A stretch of DNA of 64,000 bases from positions 640,646 through 704,645 of the forward strand of contig OZ244847.1 in assembly GCA_965220765.1 (NCBI GenBank), in the 5' to 3' direction. Below the pieces are notes generated by a model. That model made no database searches. It was not told the DNA's origin and was given only the letters and a program-made list of their open reading frames with translations. The translations under genes and the position numbers were made by a program. Positions 31,038-41,235 of the stretch are shown in pieces. Positions within the stretch are counted from its first letter, which is position 1. Each line of letters starts with the position of its first letter. The DNA is from Candidatus Latescibacterota bacterium. Its GTDB lineage: Bacteria > Latescibacterota > UBA2968.

Positions 31038-31305
31038 AACATGTCAAAACCAAACAAGAGATAAGTCAGTAATGGCGAGTTCGCTAATTCAAATGTATAG
31101 TAGAGAGAATAGGAACGGGGGAGTTCGACAATTCAACACTTAGATGACCGAGAAATCCGATGGGGAATCGGTGTCACCACTTCGACTCGAGGGGGATTGA
31201 CGAGTTTTTACCACAAGAACGCGCTTAAGATAAGCCATTGTTTTTATTAAGTCAAGATTACTTTTTTTTATATTTGATATGCGCCAGATATTGTGTATCA
31301 CATCA

Positions 31306-32607
31306 TTATTTACCACAGCCCAATGTGGTTCTATTTTTAAATAATCGCGTGTACGCGGTCGGTTCTTCAAAAACTCCTCCGCTTTGATCGTAGTAGTTTT
31401 CCTCCAATACATAAGCACCTCCTCGGGGTCGCAACCACGATGCATTGGGTATGGGATATTCTGAGAGCATGCGATTCCAGGTGCCGTAATTTTCCGGACC
31501 GTTGGATTCCATTAATCCCCCTTTTACTCCTGGAAATGCGGGCAATCGCGTAGCTACGTTTTTGTTCCATTCCACCAACACGGGTACACACGCATTATCC
31601 GCTACAAAACACGGCACATTAGACAGTGTTGCCGCTTCGATCATGCGAAAAGCCAATGACAGGGTTTTTCCCGCGGGTTTGATCGCCATAGCACCGTATC
31701 CCTGCTCCAATCGGGTGTGTACATCTGCAACGGTTTCGATGCTTTCATCCCCTGCAAAACGCGCAGGTAAGCCGTGTACATCGATATCTCCCGGATGCAA
31801 AAAAGGTTCTTCAATCAGGACAATGCGATCCAGAATACCTTCATTGTCCGCATGATCTAATAAGCGCGCCATGCTGTCTTTTTTGCCATACCGACCATTG
31901 GCATCGAGATAATAGAGCACATGGCCCGAATCGGTCATTTCCGTTTCGTATTGAGATGCCAGACTGTGAACCTGAGATAGGCAGGTCATGTCTTTTTCTA
32001 CCATTTCAGTTTCATCTCCCGGATGCCCAATTTTGATTTTTAGTATGTACGCTCCATCATCTAAAATCGCCTGCAATTCATCTATGGGCAGAGTATAACT
32101 CACCGCAGGTACGAGCGCGACATGCGATTGACGATGGGATAAAAATGAGCGAAATTTTTCTGGGATTAAGGCGTCGAACGTCGCCAATTCCATCCGTTTT
32201 GCATGCAAGATCCAGGCGGCGTTGTCCAGTGCTACCAGCGCAATCAGTGCAAATGTTCGGCGCAAATCCCCATGGCCTGTAATGGCTTTGGCAAAAGAAA
32301 AGACATCGTTTTCAACAGTGTCAAATAATGCTATCGGGTCGGCAAATTCTTTTCCCTTGATCTGTTGTAGTGCAAATTCCAGAAGAGATGCCTGAAGCAA
32401 ATTGCCGCCTATTTCTGTATGTGCAGCAAATACGGCAGCGTCTGACCACAGTACGGCCAAACCACCTATACCAAAAGCTTCATGTCCGTCGGCATCTTTT
32501 AAACGCACGATGAGATTCCACTTTTCGTGAAAAGCCGATCCCTTAAACGCAAATGGCCGCGCAAATGGTTCGCGCTGAATTTCTAAATCTGTTTCGACAA
32601 TGTTCAT
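31306..32607 (-). CDS. enolase-superfamily enzyme (MR/MLE subgroup, KxK type)
   Basis: 433 aa. KIKIG (KxK), YLDANGRY, LIEEP, AGDESI metal-ligand/catalytic motifs in canonical order. About 100-aa C-terminal extension. Confidence 0.6.
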   Translation of the reverse strand: MNIVETDLEIQREPFARPFAFKGSAFHEKWNLIVRLKDADGHEAFGIGGLAVLWSDAAVFAAHTEIGGNLLQASLLEFALQQIKGKEFADPIALFDTVENDVFSFAKAITGHGDLRRTFALIALVALDNAAWILHAKRMELATFDALIPEKFRSFLSHRQSHVALVPAVSYTLPIDELQAILDDGAYILKIKIGHPGDETEMVEKDMTCLSQVHSLASQYETEMTDSGHVLYYLDANGRYGKKDSMARLLDHADNEGILDRIVLIEEPFLHPGDIDVHGLPARFAGDESIETVADVHTRLEQGYGAMAIKPAGKTLSLAFRMIEAATLSNVPCFVADNACVPVLVEWNKNVATRLPAFPGVKGGLMESNGPENYGTWNRMLSEYPIPNASWLRPRGGAYVLEENYYDQSGGVFEEPTAYTRLFKNRTTLGCGK

Positions 32608-32731
32608 TTGTTTGTATTCCTAAAAATAAAGGGGAGGTCTAACAAGACCTCCCCACCTCGCCTGGTCGCATCTGATTAACCACGCCACGAAGCAAACCAG
32701 AAATGCTGACCCGGATCGAGAATTGAATAAC

Positions 32732-33475
32732 TTACTGCCCAAAGCCGATGCTTACGCCTCCCCAAATCGTGCGGTTGTCGGGATTGACTTTTGTATCGGC
32801 ATAAGAAAATCCAAGGGTGGGCGCGATCGAAATTGCGCAAGCATTACAACTGAGAGAAGCTGTAACTGTTACATCGTTAAAACCCGTTTTATTCTTACCC
32901 GTTTCATCTGCGTAATTGCTCATGGCAACACTTGCACCGATACTCAGTACTTGCCCCTCTTCTGAGCCGAGCGGAATGTCATAGCCACCCGACAAAGACA
33001 CGTACCATGCCTCGACCAGACCAAAGTCGTAATAAAATGTCACTGCCGGTGATATGGCGTTATCCAGAGAAAGCCCGAGATAAGCTTCTTGTGAGAGATT
33101 TGAGTCTTCATCTGCACTGGGAAATACATATTGAATATAACCGATGGACATACCCAGGCCCATGTCGTCGCTCAAGGATCTCGAATAGTCGGCATAAAAG
33201 TCAAGTTCATCGACATTTTGGGTTTGTGTATCGGGATTTCTGTCATCAATGCGGTCCTGCACAAACCACGATCCCCACGCACCTATAGACAAACCCGTTT
33301 CACCGAATCCCACCTCAATACCCGGCTGGGCCACAATTTTGTCATCGGCTCCGAGCACATAACCACGCCAGATATATCCCGTATAACTATCCAGAGTAAT
33401 ACCGACCGACATCTGGGCGTTTGCGGGTGCGATTAGAAAAATTCCCACAAGTAAAATGCCACATAATTTTTTCAT
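32732..33475 (-). CDS. outer-membrane beta-barrel protein
   Basis: 247 aa. Signal peptide ending ANAQ. Alternating beta strands rich in G/Y/W/D. Confidence 0.5.
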   Translation of the reverse strand: MKKLCGILLVGIFLIAPANAQMSVGITLDSYTGYIWRGYVLGADDKIVAQPGIEVGFGETGLSIGAWGSWFVQDRIDDRNPDTQTQNVDELDFYADYSRSLSDDMGLGMSIGYIQYVFPSADEDSNLSQEAYLGLSLDNAISPAVTFYYDFGLVEAWYVSLSGGYDIPLGSEEGQVLSIGASVAMSNYADETGKNKTGFNDVTVTASLSCNACAISIAPTLGFSYADTKVNPDNRTIWGGVSIGFGQ

Positions 33476-33706
33476 AATTCCCTCCTGATGGGTTTATACA
33501 CAGTGATGCTATGACCTGTATGCAAAACTCTGTGGCGTACACACAGACCATATTTTGAATTTTGACACTTTTAGTTTTTCCTTTTCTCCTTTCTAAAAAT
33601 ATAGGTGGAAGATGTTTCATTGGGATTTCTTAAACATAAAAAAAAATGAAATAAAAACCAAAAATACGTCCAATGTTTCAAATGTGTAAACGGCACACTT
33701 GTTTTG

Positions 33707-35392
33707 CTAAAAATAATAAATCAGATAAATTGCGAGAAAAATAATTGCGAGAAGCACATTGCTTTGCGATAACCACGATCGACCAAATAATCCCCTGTTA
33801 TTGTGTTGCGTCCGAATACCGGCAATGAGTTTTCGAATCAGCGCCTTTCCTCCATCGAAAAAGGCATCGACAAGTGGGCCGCCCGTTCGAACAATGGCGC
33901 GAATACCTTTGGGTAAAGCACGTCGATAAATCCAATCGGCATCGAGGTTGACACTGGGCTGTTCGGACGGGTAATTGCCCGTTAGCATAAGGGCCGCAAA
34001 TGCCAGCACGCCGAAGAATACCAGTTGCAGTTGGAGCACGACATGGGTTGTCGTGTAAGATATATAATCTACAGGATATGGCAACAGATTGTAAAGAAGT
34101 GGCGGATAGGATCCGATGGCGACACAGAGTATGGCTGAGATTGTCATGGCGATCCGCATATTGAGCGGTGCTTCAGGGCAGCGAATTTTTGAATCGTGCG
34201 CGAAAAATGTGAAAAATGGAATTTTGACACCTGCGTGGTGAAGCACGCCTGCCGATGCAGCTAACAGCACCAGCCAGATTCCCACAGCGCCCATGTTGGC
34301 GACGCCTTGCATAACCATGGGCTTGCTGATAAATGCATTGAATAGCGGAAGCGCGGAAATAGATGCGGCACCTATCAGACAGCACGCACAGGTCCAGGGC
34401 ATGGATTTGTAAAGGCCGCCCAGATCTGTGGCATTCATTCGCCCGGTGCGATACAAGACAGCACCCATGGACATGAATAGCAGCCCTTTGAAGATCACGT
34501 CATTGAAGGCATGCGATACTGCGCCGTTAATACCCAGGGCACCCCCCACACCAATGCCCACGACCATAAATCCGATCTGGTTGATCATGCTGTAGCTCAA
34601 TACGCGGCGCAGATCATTTTCGATAACTGCAAAGAAAACCGGAAATATGGTCATGATTGCGCCGATGTAGATGAGTAGTTCCTCTCCAGCAAATCCGCGC
34701 GCGAGGGCATATACAGCGGTTTTGGTGGTAAATGCGCTCAGAAATACCGTGCCTACGGGTGTGGATTCTGGATAGGCGTCGATCAGCCAGTTGTGGAGCA
34801 GGGGAAAGGCGCATTTGATTCCAAAGGCCAAAAATATCAGGTAGTGATGTCCCTCATTTAGTCCGATGTGTTCGAATGCAAGGGATTTTGTGTTCAAAAA
34901 GTAGAATACAGCGCCCAGTAGCAGCAGCAAGCCCGACGAGATGTGCACGACCAGATAGCGCATGCCAGAGCGCAGTGCACGCTCACCGCCGCGCGCCCAT
35001 ATCAGGAATACCGATGTGATCGCCAGCAATTCCCAGAAGATGAACAGGGTGATCAGATCGCCGGCAAATACAGCGCCAACCGCCGATCCCGCGTAGATTA
35101 ATCCCGTGCCGATTTGCAGTCGATCCTTGAGATGCAGGGCGTAGATTGCGCCGAGAAAAGCCGCGAGATGGAATAGATATCCAAATAGCATGCTCAAGCG
35201 GTCTGCGCGCAGTACGGTCAGTTCGTATCCGCCCCATGTGATGTGCCACAGGGTTCCATCGGCAATGGTCAGCAGGTTTAAAAATCCGAGCACAGGCAAG
35301 CACACCGACACAATGCGGCGCGGTGTGCCTGGCAGACAAAATAAAAATAGGCCGCCCGCCAGCAGGATCAATGCGGGATGAAGCTCACTCAT
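33707..35392 (-). CDS. Mrp/Mnh antiporter large subunit (MrpD/NuoL-like proton-conducting membrane transporter)
   Basis: 561 aa polytopic protein. Complex-I antiporter-like subunit motifs. Last gene of the mrp-like array. Confidence 0.8.
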   Translation of the reverse strand: MSELHPALILLAGGLFLFCLPGTPRRIVSVCLPVLGFLNLLTIADGTLWHITWGGYELTVLRADRLSMLFGYLFHLAAFLGAIYALHLKDRLQIGTGLIYAGSAVGAVFAGDLITLFIFWELLAITSVFLIWARGGERALRSGMRYLVVHISSGLLLLLGAVFYFLNTKSLAFEHIGLNEGHHYLIFLAFGIKCAFPLLHNWLIDAYPESTPVGTVFLSAFTTKTAVYALARGFAGEELLIYIGAIMTIFPVFFAVIENDLRRVLSYSMINQIGFMVVGIGVGGALGINGAVSHAFNDVIFKGLLFMSMGAVLYRTGRMNATDLGGLYKSMPWTCACCLIGAASISALPLFNAFISKPMVMQGVANMGAVGIWLVLLAASAGVLHHAGVKIPFFTFFAHDSKIRCPEAPLNMRIAMTISAILCVAIGSYPPLLYNLLPYPVDYISYTTTHVVLQLQLVFFGVLAFAALMLTGNYPSEQPSVNLDADWIYRRALPKGIRAIVRTGGPLVDAFFDGGKALIRKLIAGIRTQHNNRGLFGRSWLSQSNVLLAIIFLAIYLIYYF

Positions 35393-35669
35393 CGTAATAG
35401 TCCTCTGATCGCATGATCATTTTTCGCAAAGGTATAGCCCCCAGAACGATCAATGTGCAAGCCACAAATCCGTAAATGGCATAAAATCCAAACCAGCCTT
35501 CAACTGGCAACGCGCCTTCGGCAAACGTCAGGTGCCGATGCACGATCAGGTCGGTGAGGATCAACAACGCACAACAGACAAAAAAGCCCAGAATCAAGCG
35601 GCGCACATTACCGGGATTGTCAAAAATATGTGGGCGTTCATTCTCTTCAGGAGATTCGGGATTGTTCAT
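35385..35669 (-). CDS. small membrane protein within mrp-like cluster
   Basis: 94 aa with two hydrophobic helices. Coupled by 4-8-bp overlaps to both neighbours. Confidence 0.4.
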   Translation of the reverse strand: MNNPESPEENERPHIFDNPGNVRRLILGFFVCCALLILTDLIVHRHLTFAEGALPVEGWFGFYAIYGFVACTLIVLGAIPLRKMIMRSEDYYDE

Positions 35670-37234
35670 GGTCTGGCCTCTCCGATCATAAGCAACAGAT
35701 TTAGAACAGGGTCGGGATAGATATAGAGCAGCAGGCAGCCCGTGGCCGTAAATAATAAGGGGAGCACACAGGCAAGCGGTGCTTCGTGCAGGCCGTCTGC
35801 GTGATGGTCATTTGTTGCGGGTGCAAAGAATGCATAAATGGGAATGGGCAATAAATAGAGGACATTGAGTAGCGAACTGATGAGCAATACGCCTGCAGCC
35901 ACATATTGATGGGCTTCAATTGTAGCCATAATTAGATACCACTTGCTCCACGCGCCCGCAAAAGGCGGAATTCCGATAATGCTCAGAGAGCCAATCAAAA
36001 AGGCGAACATGGTAAATGGCATCTGCCGTCCAATGCCTTTCATGTCGCTGATTTCTGTTTTGTGCAGGGCCACCAGGATGGCTCCGGCACAGAAGAACAG
36101 GGTGATCTTGCCAAAGGCATGGGTTGCGATGTGCATGCTACCGCCCAGCACACCCAAATCATTTGCAAGCGACGCCCCCAGTACGATATAGGCTAACTGG
36201 CTGATTGTGGAATACGCCAGTCGCGCTTTCAAATTGTCTTTTGTCATCGCTACCAGCGACCCCACCAGAATGGTGAAGCCGGCGATGTAGGTCAGCCATT
36301 CGCTAAGACCCGCATCGGAAAGCAATTCTGTGCCAAAGAGGTAGATCACCACTTTCATGACGGTAAATACACCGGCTTTTACCACGGCTACGGCGTGTAG
36401 CAATGCGCTGACGGGCGTGGGCGCGACCATAGCTGCGGGCAACCATCGGTGGAAGGGCATTAACGCGGCTTTCCCGGTTCCAAAAGCATAGAGACCCAGC
36501 AGGACGATTACAATTCCTTCGCTCGCTTTGCCGGTTAAAATACCGCCCGGCGCAAATTCCAGTGTGCCGGTCAATTGCCATGTCCACACCATGCCCAGCA
36601 ATAGAAAACCCACCGATGTGCTCATCAAGATGCCCATGTAAATTCGCCCGGCGCGCATGGCTTCTTCGCTTCGGTGGTGCGTTACAAGCGGATAGGTCGA
36701 TAGGGTCAATAGCTCGTAAAATATGAAGAGGGTGAACATGTTGCGGGCAAAAGCAACGCCCAGCGCAGCCGAGATGGCAAATGCGAAGAAGACAAAAAAC
36801 CGCGTCTGGTTTTCTTCGTGATGCCCGCGCATGTACCCGATGGCATAGACTGTGGTGACAATCCACAAGCCCGACGCGATCAGGGCAAATATCATGCCCA
36901 ATGGCTCTACTTTAAATGCCAGTGATAGGCCCGGCATTACGTCTATGACATGCGCGACGGGTTGTGCGCCATCCATTACCGAAGGCAGGAGTGAAAGCAC
37001 TGTGCCAAAGGTCAATACCGCCGCAATCAATGTGATTGTTTCACGCATATTGGGACTGCGCGAGGTCAGTGCAATAAAGGGCATGCCCAGAAGTGGTAAC
37101 GCGATGGATAGGAGTATGGCGGTTGATCCACTCACGGCATTACCCCTATCAATAATCCGGCGGCGCGTTGTGCCACGTTGACTGTCAAGTCCGTTTGAAT
37201 ACCAAAATACACTGTTGCTCCCGTCAAAACCCAC
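35666..37234 (-). CDS. mrpD: Mrp/Mnh antiporter subunit D-like (NuoN/M-like)
   Basis: 522 aa polytopic protein. The true start is probably internal, because the ORF overlaps the upstream gene by about 100 bp. Confidence 0.8.
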   Translation of the reverse strand: MGFDGSNSVFWYSNGLDSQRGTTRRRIIDRGNAVSGSTAILLSIALPLLGMPFIALTSRSPNMRETITLIAAVLTFGTVLSLLPSVMDGAQPVAHVIDVMPGLSLAFKVEPLGMIFALIASGLWIVTTVYAIGYMRGHHEENQTRFFVFFAFAISAALGVAFARNMFTLFIFYELLTLSTYPLVTHHRSEEAMRAGRIYMGILMSTSVGFLLLGMVWTWQLTGTLEFAPGGILTGKASEGIVIVLLGLYAFGTGKAALMPFHRWLPAAMVAPTPVSALLHAVAVVKAGVFTVMKVVIYLFGTELLSDAGLSEWLTYIAGFTILVGSLVAMTKDNLKARLAYSTISQLAYIVLGASLANDLGVLGGSMHIATHAFGKITLFFCAGAILVALHKTEISDMKGIGRQMPFTMFAFLIGSLSIIGIPPFAGAWSKWYLIMATIEAHQYVAAGVLLISSLLNVLYLLPIPIYAFFAPATNDHHADGLHEAPLACVLPLLFTATGCLLLYIYPDPVLNLLLMIGEARP

Positions 37235-38610
37235 ATAGAGATCTGCATCATTAACGGTGCTTCCTTTACATTGGAATCGTCATCGGCTTTCTGAAAATAG
37301 GCGACTTCAACGACGCGCCACATATAAACTACGGCGAGTAGAGAACTGAGCAAGGCGAGTAGTGCTATGGGCCACCACCCGGCTTCCAGCGCGGCCAAAA
37401 TTAAATACCATTTGCTGATAAAGCCCACGGTTAATGGCACGCCGATTAAGCTCAAACCCGCCAGTACAAAAGCCGCCATAGTCACGGGCATGCGTCGTCC
37501 AAGGCCTTTCCAGTCGGCAAGGTCAGATGATCCGAGGCGCAATACCACGCAGCCCACAGCCAAAAATAGTGCGGCTTTCATCAGTGCGTGGTTAAACAGG
37601 TGCACAATCCCTCCCGTCAATCCAGCGAGTGAAACAAAGCCGATGCCCAGCATCATGTATCCGATTTGCGCCACGCTCGAATAGGCCAATAATCGCTTTA
37701 TATTGGTCTGGTAAATAGCGGATAGGGATGCCACGTAAATCCCGATGAGGGATAGGGGAATTAAAAAGACATCGAGGTTGAGTTTTTCAAATACAAACTC
37801 GGCACCCCATACGGTGAATGTGAATCTCAAAAATACGTAGATGGATACTTTTGTCGCTGTTGCAGCTAAAAATGCCGTGACCACAGAGGGGGCGTAACAA
37901 TAGGCATTGGGCAACCACATGTGCAGCGGGAACATTGCCAGTTTGATTAACATGCCCACGGTTAAGAAGGCGAATGCGACCATTGCTGTGCGGGTTTCGA
38001 ACATGGCGGGCAAGCGTTGGGATAGATCAAACATATTTAGCGTGCCGGTCATCATATACATCAGTCCGATACCGATGACAATAAATGTGGCTCCCAATGT
38101 GCCCATGAGCAAATATTGATAAGATGCCGTCAATGCGCGCCGGTCGCGTCCCATCGCGATGAGGGTATAGGACGATAGCGATGATATTTCCAAAAATACA
38201 AAGACGTTAAACGCATCGCCTGTGATTGTAATGCCCATCAATCCGGTGAGGCAGAGCAAATAAGCTGTATAAAACAAATAATGCTGCTTACCGGAGATTT
38301 CATCAGCCACGCTCGGCAGTGCAAAAAACGTCAGCACGGCGGCGATGATCGAAACCAGTAGCAGCACAAAAGCATTGATTGTATCGACGCGGTATTCAAT
38401 GCCCCAGGGCGCAATCCATCCGCCTATTGCATAAGAGACCACGCCTTCTTCAAGTACGCGGATGAGTAGCATAGACGCCATGCATAGGGCGGCCAAACAC
38501 ACGAGAGATGCAAAAGCCCATACCAGCGTCTTTTGCCGCAACAACACACATAAGGGGGCTGCCACAAGGGGTACAACGATCAACAATATGGGCAGGTGCA
38601 TATCAATCAT
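37132..38610 (-). CDS. mrpD: Mrp/Mnh antiporter subunit D-like (NuoM-like)
   Basis: 492 aa polytopic protein. Conserved antiporter-subunit helices with charged mid-membrane residues. Confidence 0.8.
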   Translation of the reverse strand: MIDMHLPILLIVVPLVAAPLCVLLRQKTLVWAFASLVCLAALCMASMLLIRVLEEGVVSYAIGGWIAPWGIEYRVDTINAFVLLLVSIIAAVLTFFALPSVADEISGKQHYLFYTAYLLCLTGLMGITITGDAFNVFVFLEISSLSSYTLIAMGRDRRALTASYQYLLMGTLGATFIVIGIGLMYMMTGTLNMFDLSQRLPAMFETRTAMVAFAFLTVGMLIKLAMFPLHMWLPNAYCYAPSVVTAFLAATATKVSIYVFLRFTFTVWGAEFVFEKLNLDVFLIPLSLIGIYVASLSAIYQTNIKRLLAYSSVAQIGYMMLGIGFVSLAGLTGGIVHLFNHALMKAALFLAVGCVVLRLGSSDLADWKGLGRRMPVTMAAFVLAGLSLIGVPLTVGFISKWYLILAALEAGWWPIALLALLSSLLAVVYMWRVVEVAYFQKADDDSNVKEAPLMMQISMWVLTGATVYFGIQTDLTVNVAQRAAGLLIGVMP

Positions 38611-38959
38611 TCACGAGGTCCCGTTCTATAATTTCATCTTCTTCAATTGTATCATAAGCTTCTCCGATTCGCACGACGAGTGCCAGGCCCAGGGAGAGGG
38701 TGGCGATGCCCACGACAATTGCGGTCAGGATGAGTACATGGGGCAATGGGTTCGAGTACACTTCAATACCTTCGCTCAAAATTGGCGCAGTACCTCCGCT
38801 GACTTTTCCCATGCTGATATAGAGCAAGAAAACCGAAACCTGAAAGATACTCAGGCCAATCAATTTTTTTACGAGATTGGGACGCGCGATTGCGGTGTAC
38901 AATCCAATCATCATCAAGACCATACAGGCCCAGTAGTTGAATAATCCGACGGAGATCAT
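38603..38959 (-). CDS. mrpC: Mrp/Mnh antiporter subunit C (NuoK-like)
   Basis: 118 aa, three transmembrane helices. Confidence 0.85.
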   Translation of the reverse strand: MISVGLFNYWACMVLMMIGLYTAIARPNLVKKLIGLSIFQVSVFLLYISMGKVSGGTAPILSEGIEVYSNPLPHVLILTAIVVGIATLSLGLALVVRIGEAYDTIEEDEIIERDLVND

Positions 38960-39381
38960 CGCAATCGCCTCCGGCCTGCAAAAGAAAAAAAGATGGCTAT
39001 CATTACTGCAGCTACAGTAATACCCACGCCGAGTTCGACCAGAAAGATGCCGAGATGTTGTCCGTGCGGTGGGTCGGCCGGATCCAGAGCAGTATAATCC
39101 AGAAAATTGTAGCCGAGAAATAGGGAAATTAATCCCGTGCCCGCATAGAGCAAGACGCCGAGTGCAACGAGCGTTTCAATGATGCGGGGTTTTACAATTT
39201 GTTTTGCGGCTTGCAGGCCAAAAATTAGCGTGTAGAGGACCACTGCTGCGGCAAAAATTACACCGGCTTGAAATCCTCCTCCAGGCCCGAAGTCGCCGTG
39301 AAATTGCACGTAGAGCGCGAATAATAGTATCGGAGGAATGAACCACTTGCTCACTACGCGGGGGATACTCTCATGTTTCAT
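38956..39381 (-). CDS. mrpB: Mrp/Mnh antiporter subunit B
   Basis: 141 aa. HGDFGPGGGFQAG motif characteristic of MrpB/MnhB. Confidence 0.8.
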   Translation of the reverse strand: MKHESIPRVVSKWFIPPILLFALYVQFHGDFGPGGGFQAGVIFAAAVVLYTLIFGLQAAKQIVKPRIIETLVALGVLLYAGTGLISLFLGYNFLDYTALDPADPPHGQHLGIFLVELGVGITVAAVMIAIFFSFAGRRRLR

Positions 39382-39950
39382 TGCTCGTCCTCCTTGCGCC
39401 AGATATGTCCCAGGAGCAATATTACGCCGATACCTGCTGTAAATATCACGGTTACTTCACCCAGTGTATCGTATCCACGGTAGCTCGCCAATACCGATGT
39501 TACAATATTGGGGATTCCCATTTCTTCTCCCGATTTTTCAATATAGCGGTCGGCAACGTGCTGGTGAACGGGGGCGTTGGGGTCGCCGAACATCGGCATG
39601 TCCAGTGTGCCGTAGATAAGCGCGCTACCTGTAATGAGTACGACGAGCAGTGCCAATGCGTTATTTTTTTTGACAATTTTTTCTTCGCGTGTTGTCAATG
39701 ATAGTGTGCCCAGCAGGAGCACGGTTGATACGCCAGCACCAACAGCCGCTTCGGTAAATGCGACATCGACGGCGTCGAGCAATGTAAATACGATAGCCGA
39801 TAGGAAGCTGAATATGCCCGTCATCATTGCGGCCATAAATAGATTGTGCATTCGGGAAACCGCAATCGCGAGTACTATCATAAAAGACAGCAAGGCGATG
39901 TCCAGAATTTCAGTCATGCTCATTTTTCCCTTTGTTGTTGGGATCACCAA
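39378..39950 (-). CDS. MrpA C-terminal-like / MnhB-domain membrane protein (DUF4040-like)
   Basis: 190 aa. SYRGYDTLGE motif of the MnhB domain. The MrpA C-terminal region appears here as a separate gene. Confidence 0.65.
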   Translation of the reverse strand: MVIPTTKGKMSMTEILDIALLSFMIVLAIAVSRMHNLFMAAMMTGIFSFLSAIVFTLLDAVDVAFTEAAVGAGVSTVLLLGTLSLTTREEKIVKKNNALALLVVLITGSALIYGTLDMPMFGDPNAPVHQHVADRYIEKSGEEMGIPNIVTSVLASYRGYDTLGEVTVIFTAGIGVILLLGHIWRKEDEQ

Positions 39951-40242
39951 AAAAAGGCTTGAGACCCGACGTCAATGCCGCTTTGCCCACTGCGTGGGTC
40001 GATGTGGGACTGGTGAGGAGCAATATCACCAGTATCATCACTAATTTTACTGTGACCATTGTCAGACCGCCCTGAAACATCAGTCCCAGCAGGACGAGGC
40101 TCGCCCCCAGTGTGTCGGTAATACCACCGCCGTGCATGCGGCTGTAAAAATCGGGTAAGCGCAATAGCCCCAGGCCGCCTATCATGCACAGAATACTTCC
40201 CAGGATAAGACAAATCCAGCTCAATATATCGACAATCATCAT
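39910..40242 (-). CDS. mrpG: Mrp/Mnh antiporter subunit G
   Basis: 110 aa. LGLLRLPDFYSRMHGGG motif of MrpG. Confidence 0.8.
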   Translation of the reverse strand: MMIVDILSWICLILGSILCMIGGLGLLRLPDFYSRMHGGGITDTLGASLVLLGLMFQGGLTMVTVKLVMILVILLLTSPTSTHAVGKAALTSGLKPFFGDPNNKGKNEHD

Positions 40243-40342
40243 GGTGTTTGGGTCCTTTTAAGCAGTCAGCAAATCAGGTGCTGTATCTGAAAGCCGTCAT
40301 CGCGGCATGATGTTGAGCCGCGATCCAGAGGTTTTGCTTTTT

Positions 40343-40612
40343 CTACTCTTCTGGCTCAGCACCTAAGTCATTATAGCTCACAAATTTTAGAACGGCCAAT
40401 GTGCCTATGAAATTGATCAATACATAAATCAGGGCGAGGTCTAAAAAATCGGGTCGGCCAGTCAAAAATCCGAGTACAGCAATAAATAATACGGTTTTGG
40501 TGCCAAACATATTTACCGATAGGATGCGATCGTACACAGTTGGGCCCAATAGTGCGCGGCAAAGTGCCAGTGCCATGGTGACCAATATGCCGATCATTGC
40601 CGCAATAAACAT
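40343..40612 (-). CDS. mrpF: Mrp/Mnh antiporter subunit F
   Basis: 89 aa, three transmembrane helices. LLGPTVYDRIL motif. Confidence 0.8.
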   Translation of the reverse strand: MFIAAMIGILVTMALALCRALLGPTVYDRILSVNMFGTKTVLFIAVLGFLTGRPDFLDLALIYVLINFIGTLAVLKFVSYNDLGAEPEE

Positions 40613-40613
40613 C

Positions 40614-41090
40614 TCATCGCTCCAGTGCCGTCACGCGGCGGTCCATATCGCCGCTCTGCACGTCGTCAGCGGCTTCATTTGTTAATGCATGTACTACAAT
40701 ATCTTCTTCGTCCAGTTCAAGTGATACGGTGCCGGGGGTCAGGGTTATTGAATTGGCAAATATGACGCGACAGAGATCGGTTTTTTGCGTTCCCTTTACG
40801 CGCACTATGCGCGGGGCAATGGGTAACCTGGGGCTCAATATTCGTTTTGCCACGTCGATATTTGCTTTGATAATGGCCCAGATTAACCAGGGAATATACA
40901 AAGCGAGGCTCCAGATCAGATGAATTGAATACCCTTCTTCATCTACAATAGATAGACGACCGGCCAGATAAACGACAAAAGCACATGACAATATACCCAT
41001 GGCGAGGACGAGCGTGTGTTCAAGCGTATAATGTCCAGACCAGAGCAGCCATGTGCCAAATGCCACAATGCTCATGAAGATGTAACGCAT
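40614..41090 (-). CDS. mrpE: Mrp/Mnh antiporter subunit E
   Basis: 158 aa. First gene of the array. Position and hydrophobic N-terminal half are consistent with MrpE. Confidence 0.7.
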   Translation of the reverse strand: MRYIFMSIVAFGTWLLWSGHYTLEHTLVLAMGILSCAFVVYLAGRLSIVDEEGYSIHLIWSLALYIPWLIWAIIKANIDVAKRILSPRLPIAPRIVRVKGTQKTDLCRVIFANSITLTPGTVSLELDEEDIVVHALTNEAADDVQSGDMDRRVTALER

Positions 41091-41235
41091 ATAGACCTCG
41101 GGTGAAAGCGTCGGGGACGGTTCCTGCGCCGTCCTCAGCAGTCATCAGGCACCCATCCTACAGGAAAGGCACAGAAAACCCACTCGTTCGCTCGAATGGG
41201 GTGGATATGCGAACTGTTTTATTTAATATTTTTTA

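Noticed and set aside
31060-31240. Possible tmRNA/SRP-like RNA (gggggagttcgacaattc.., hairpins)
   Set aside because: It lacks the tmRNA 5'/3' acceptor pairing with a CCA-proximal T-arm and a tag reading frame. It lacks the SRP GGAAGCAGCC motif. It is kept only as a generic structured region.
31140-31445. 101-aa ORF overlapping the 3' end of the enolase-superfamily gene
   Set aside because: It overlaps a better-supported gene in another frame and has no RBS or recognisable features.
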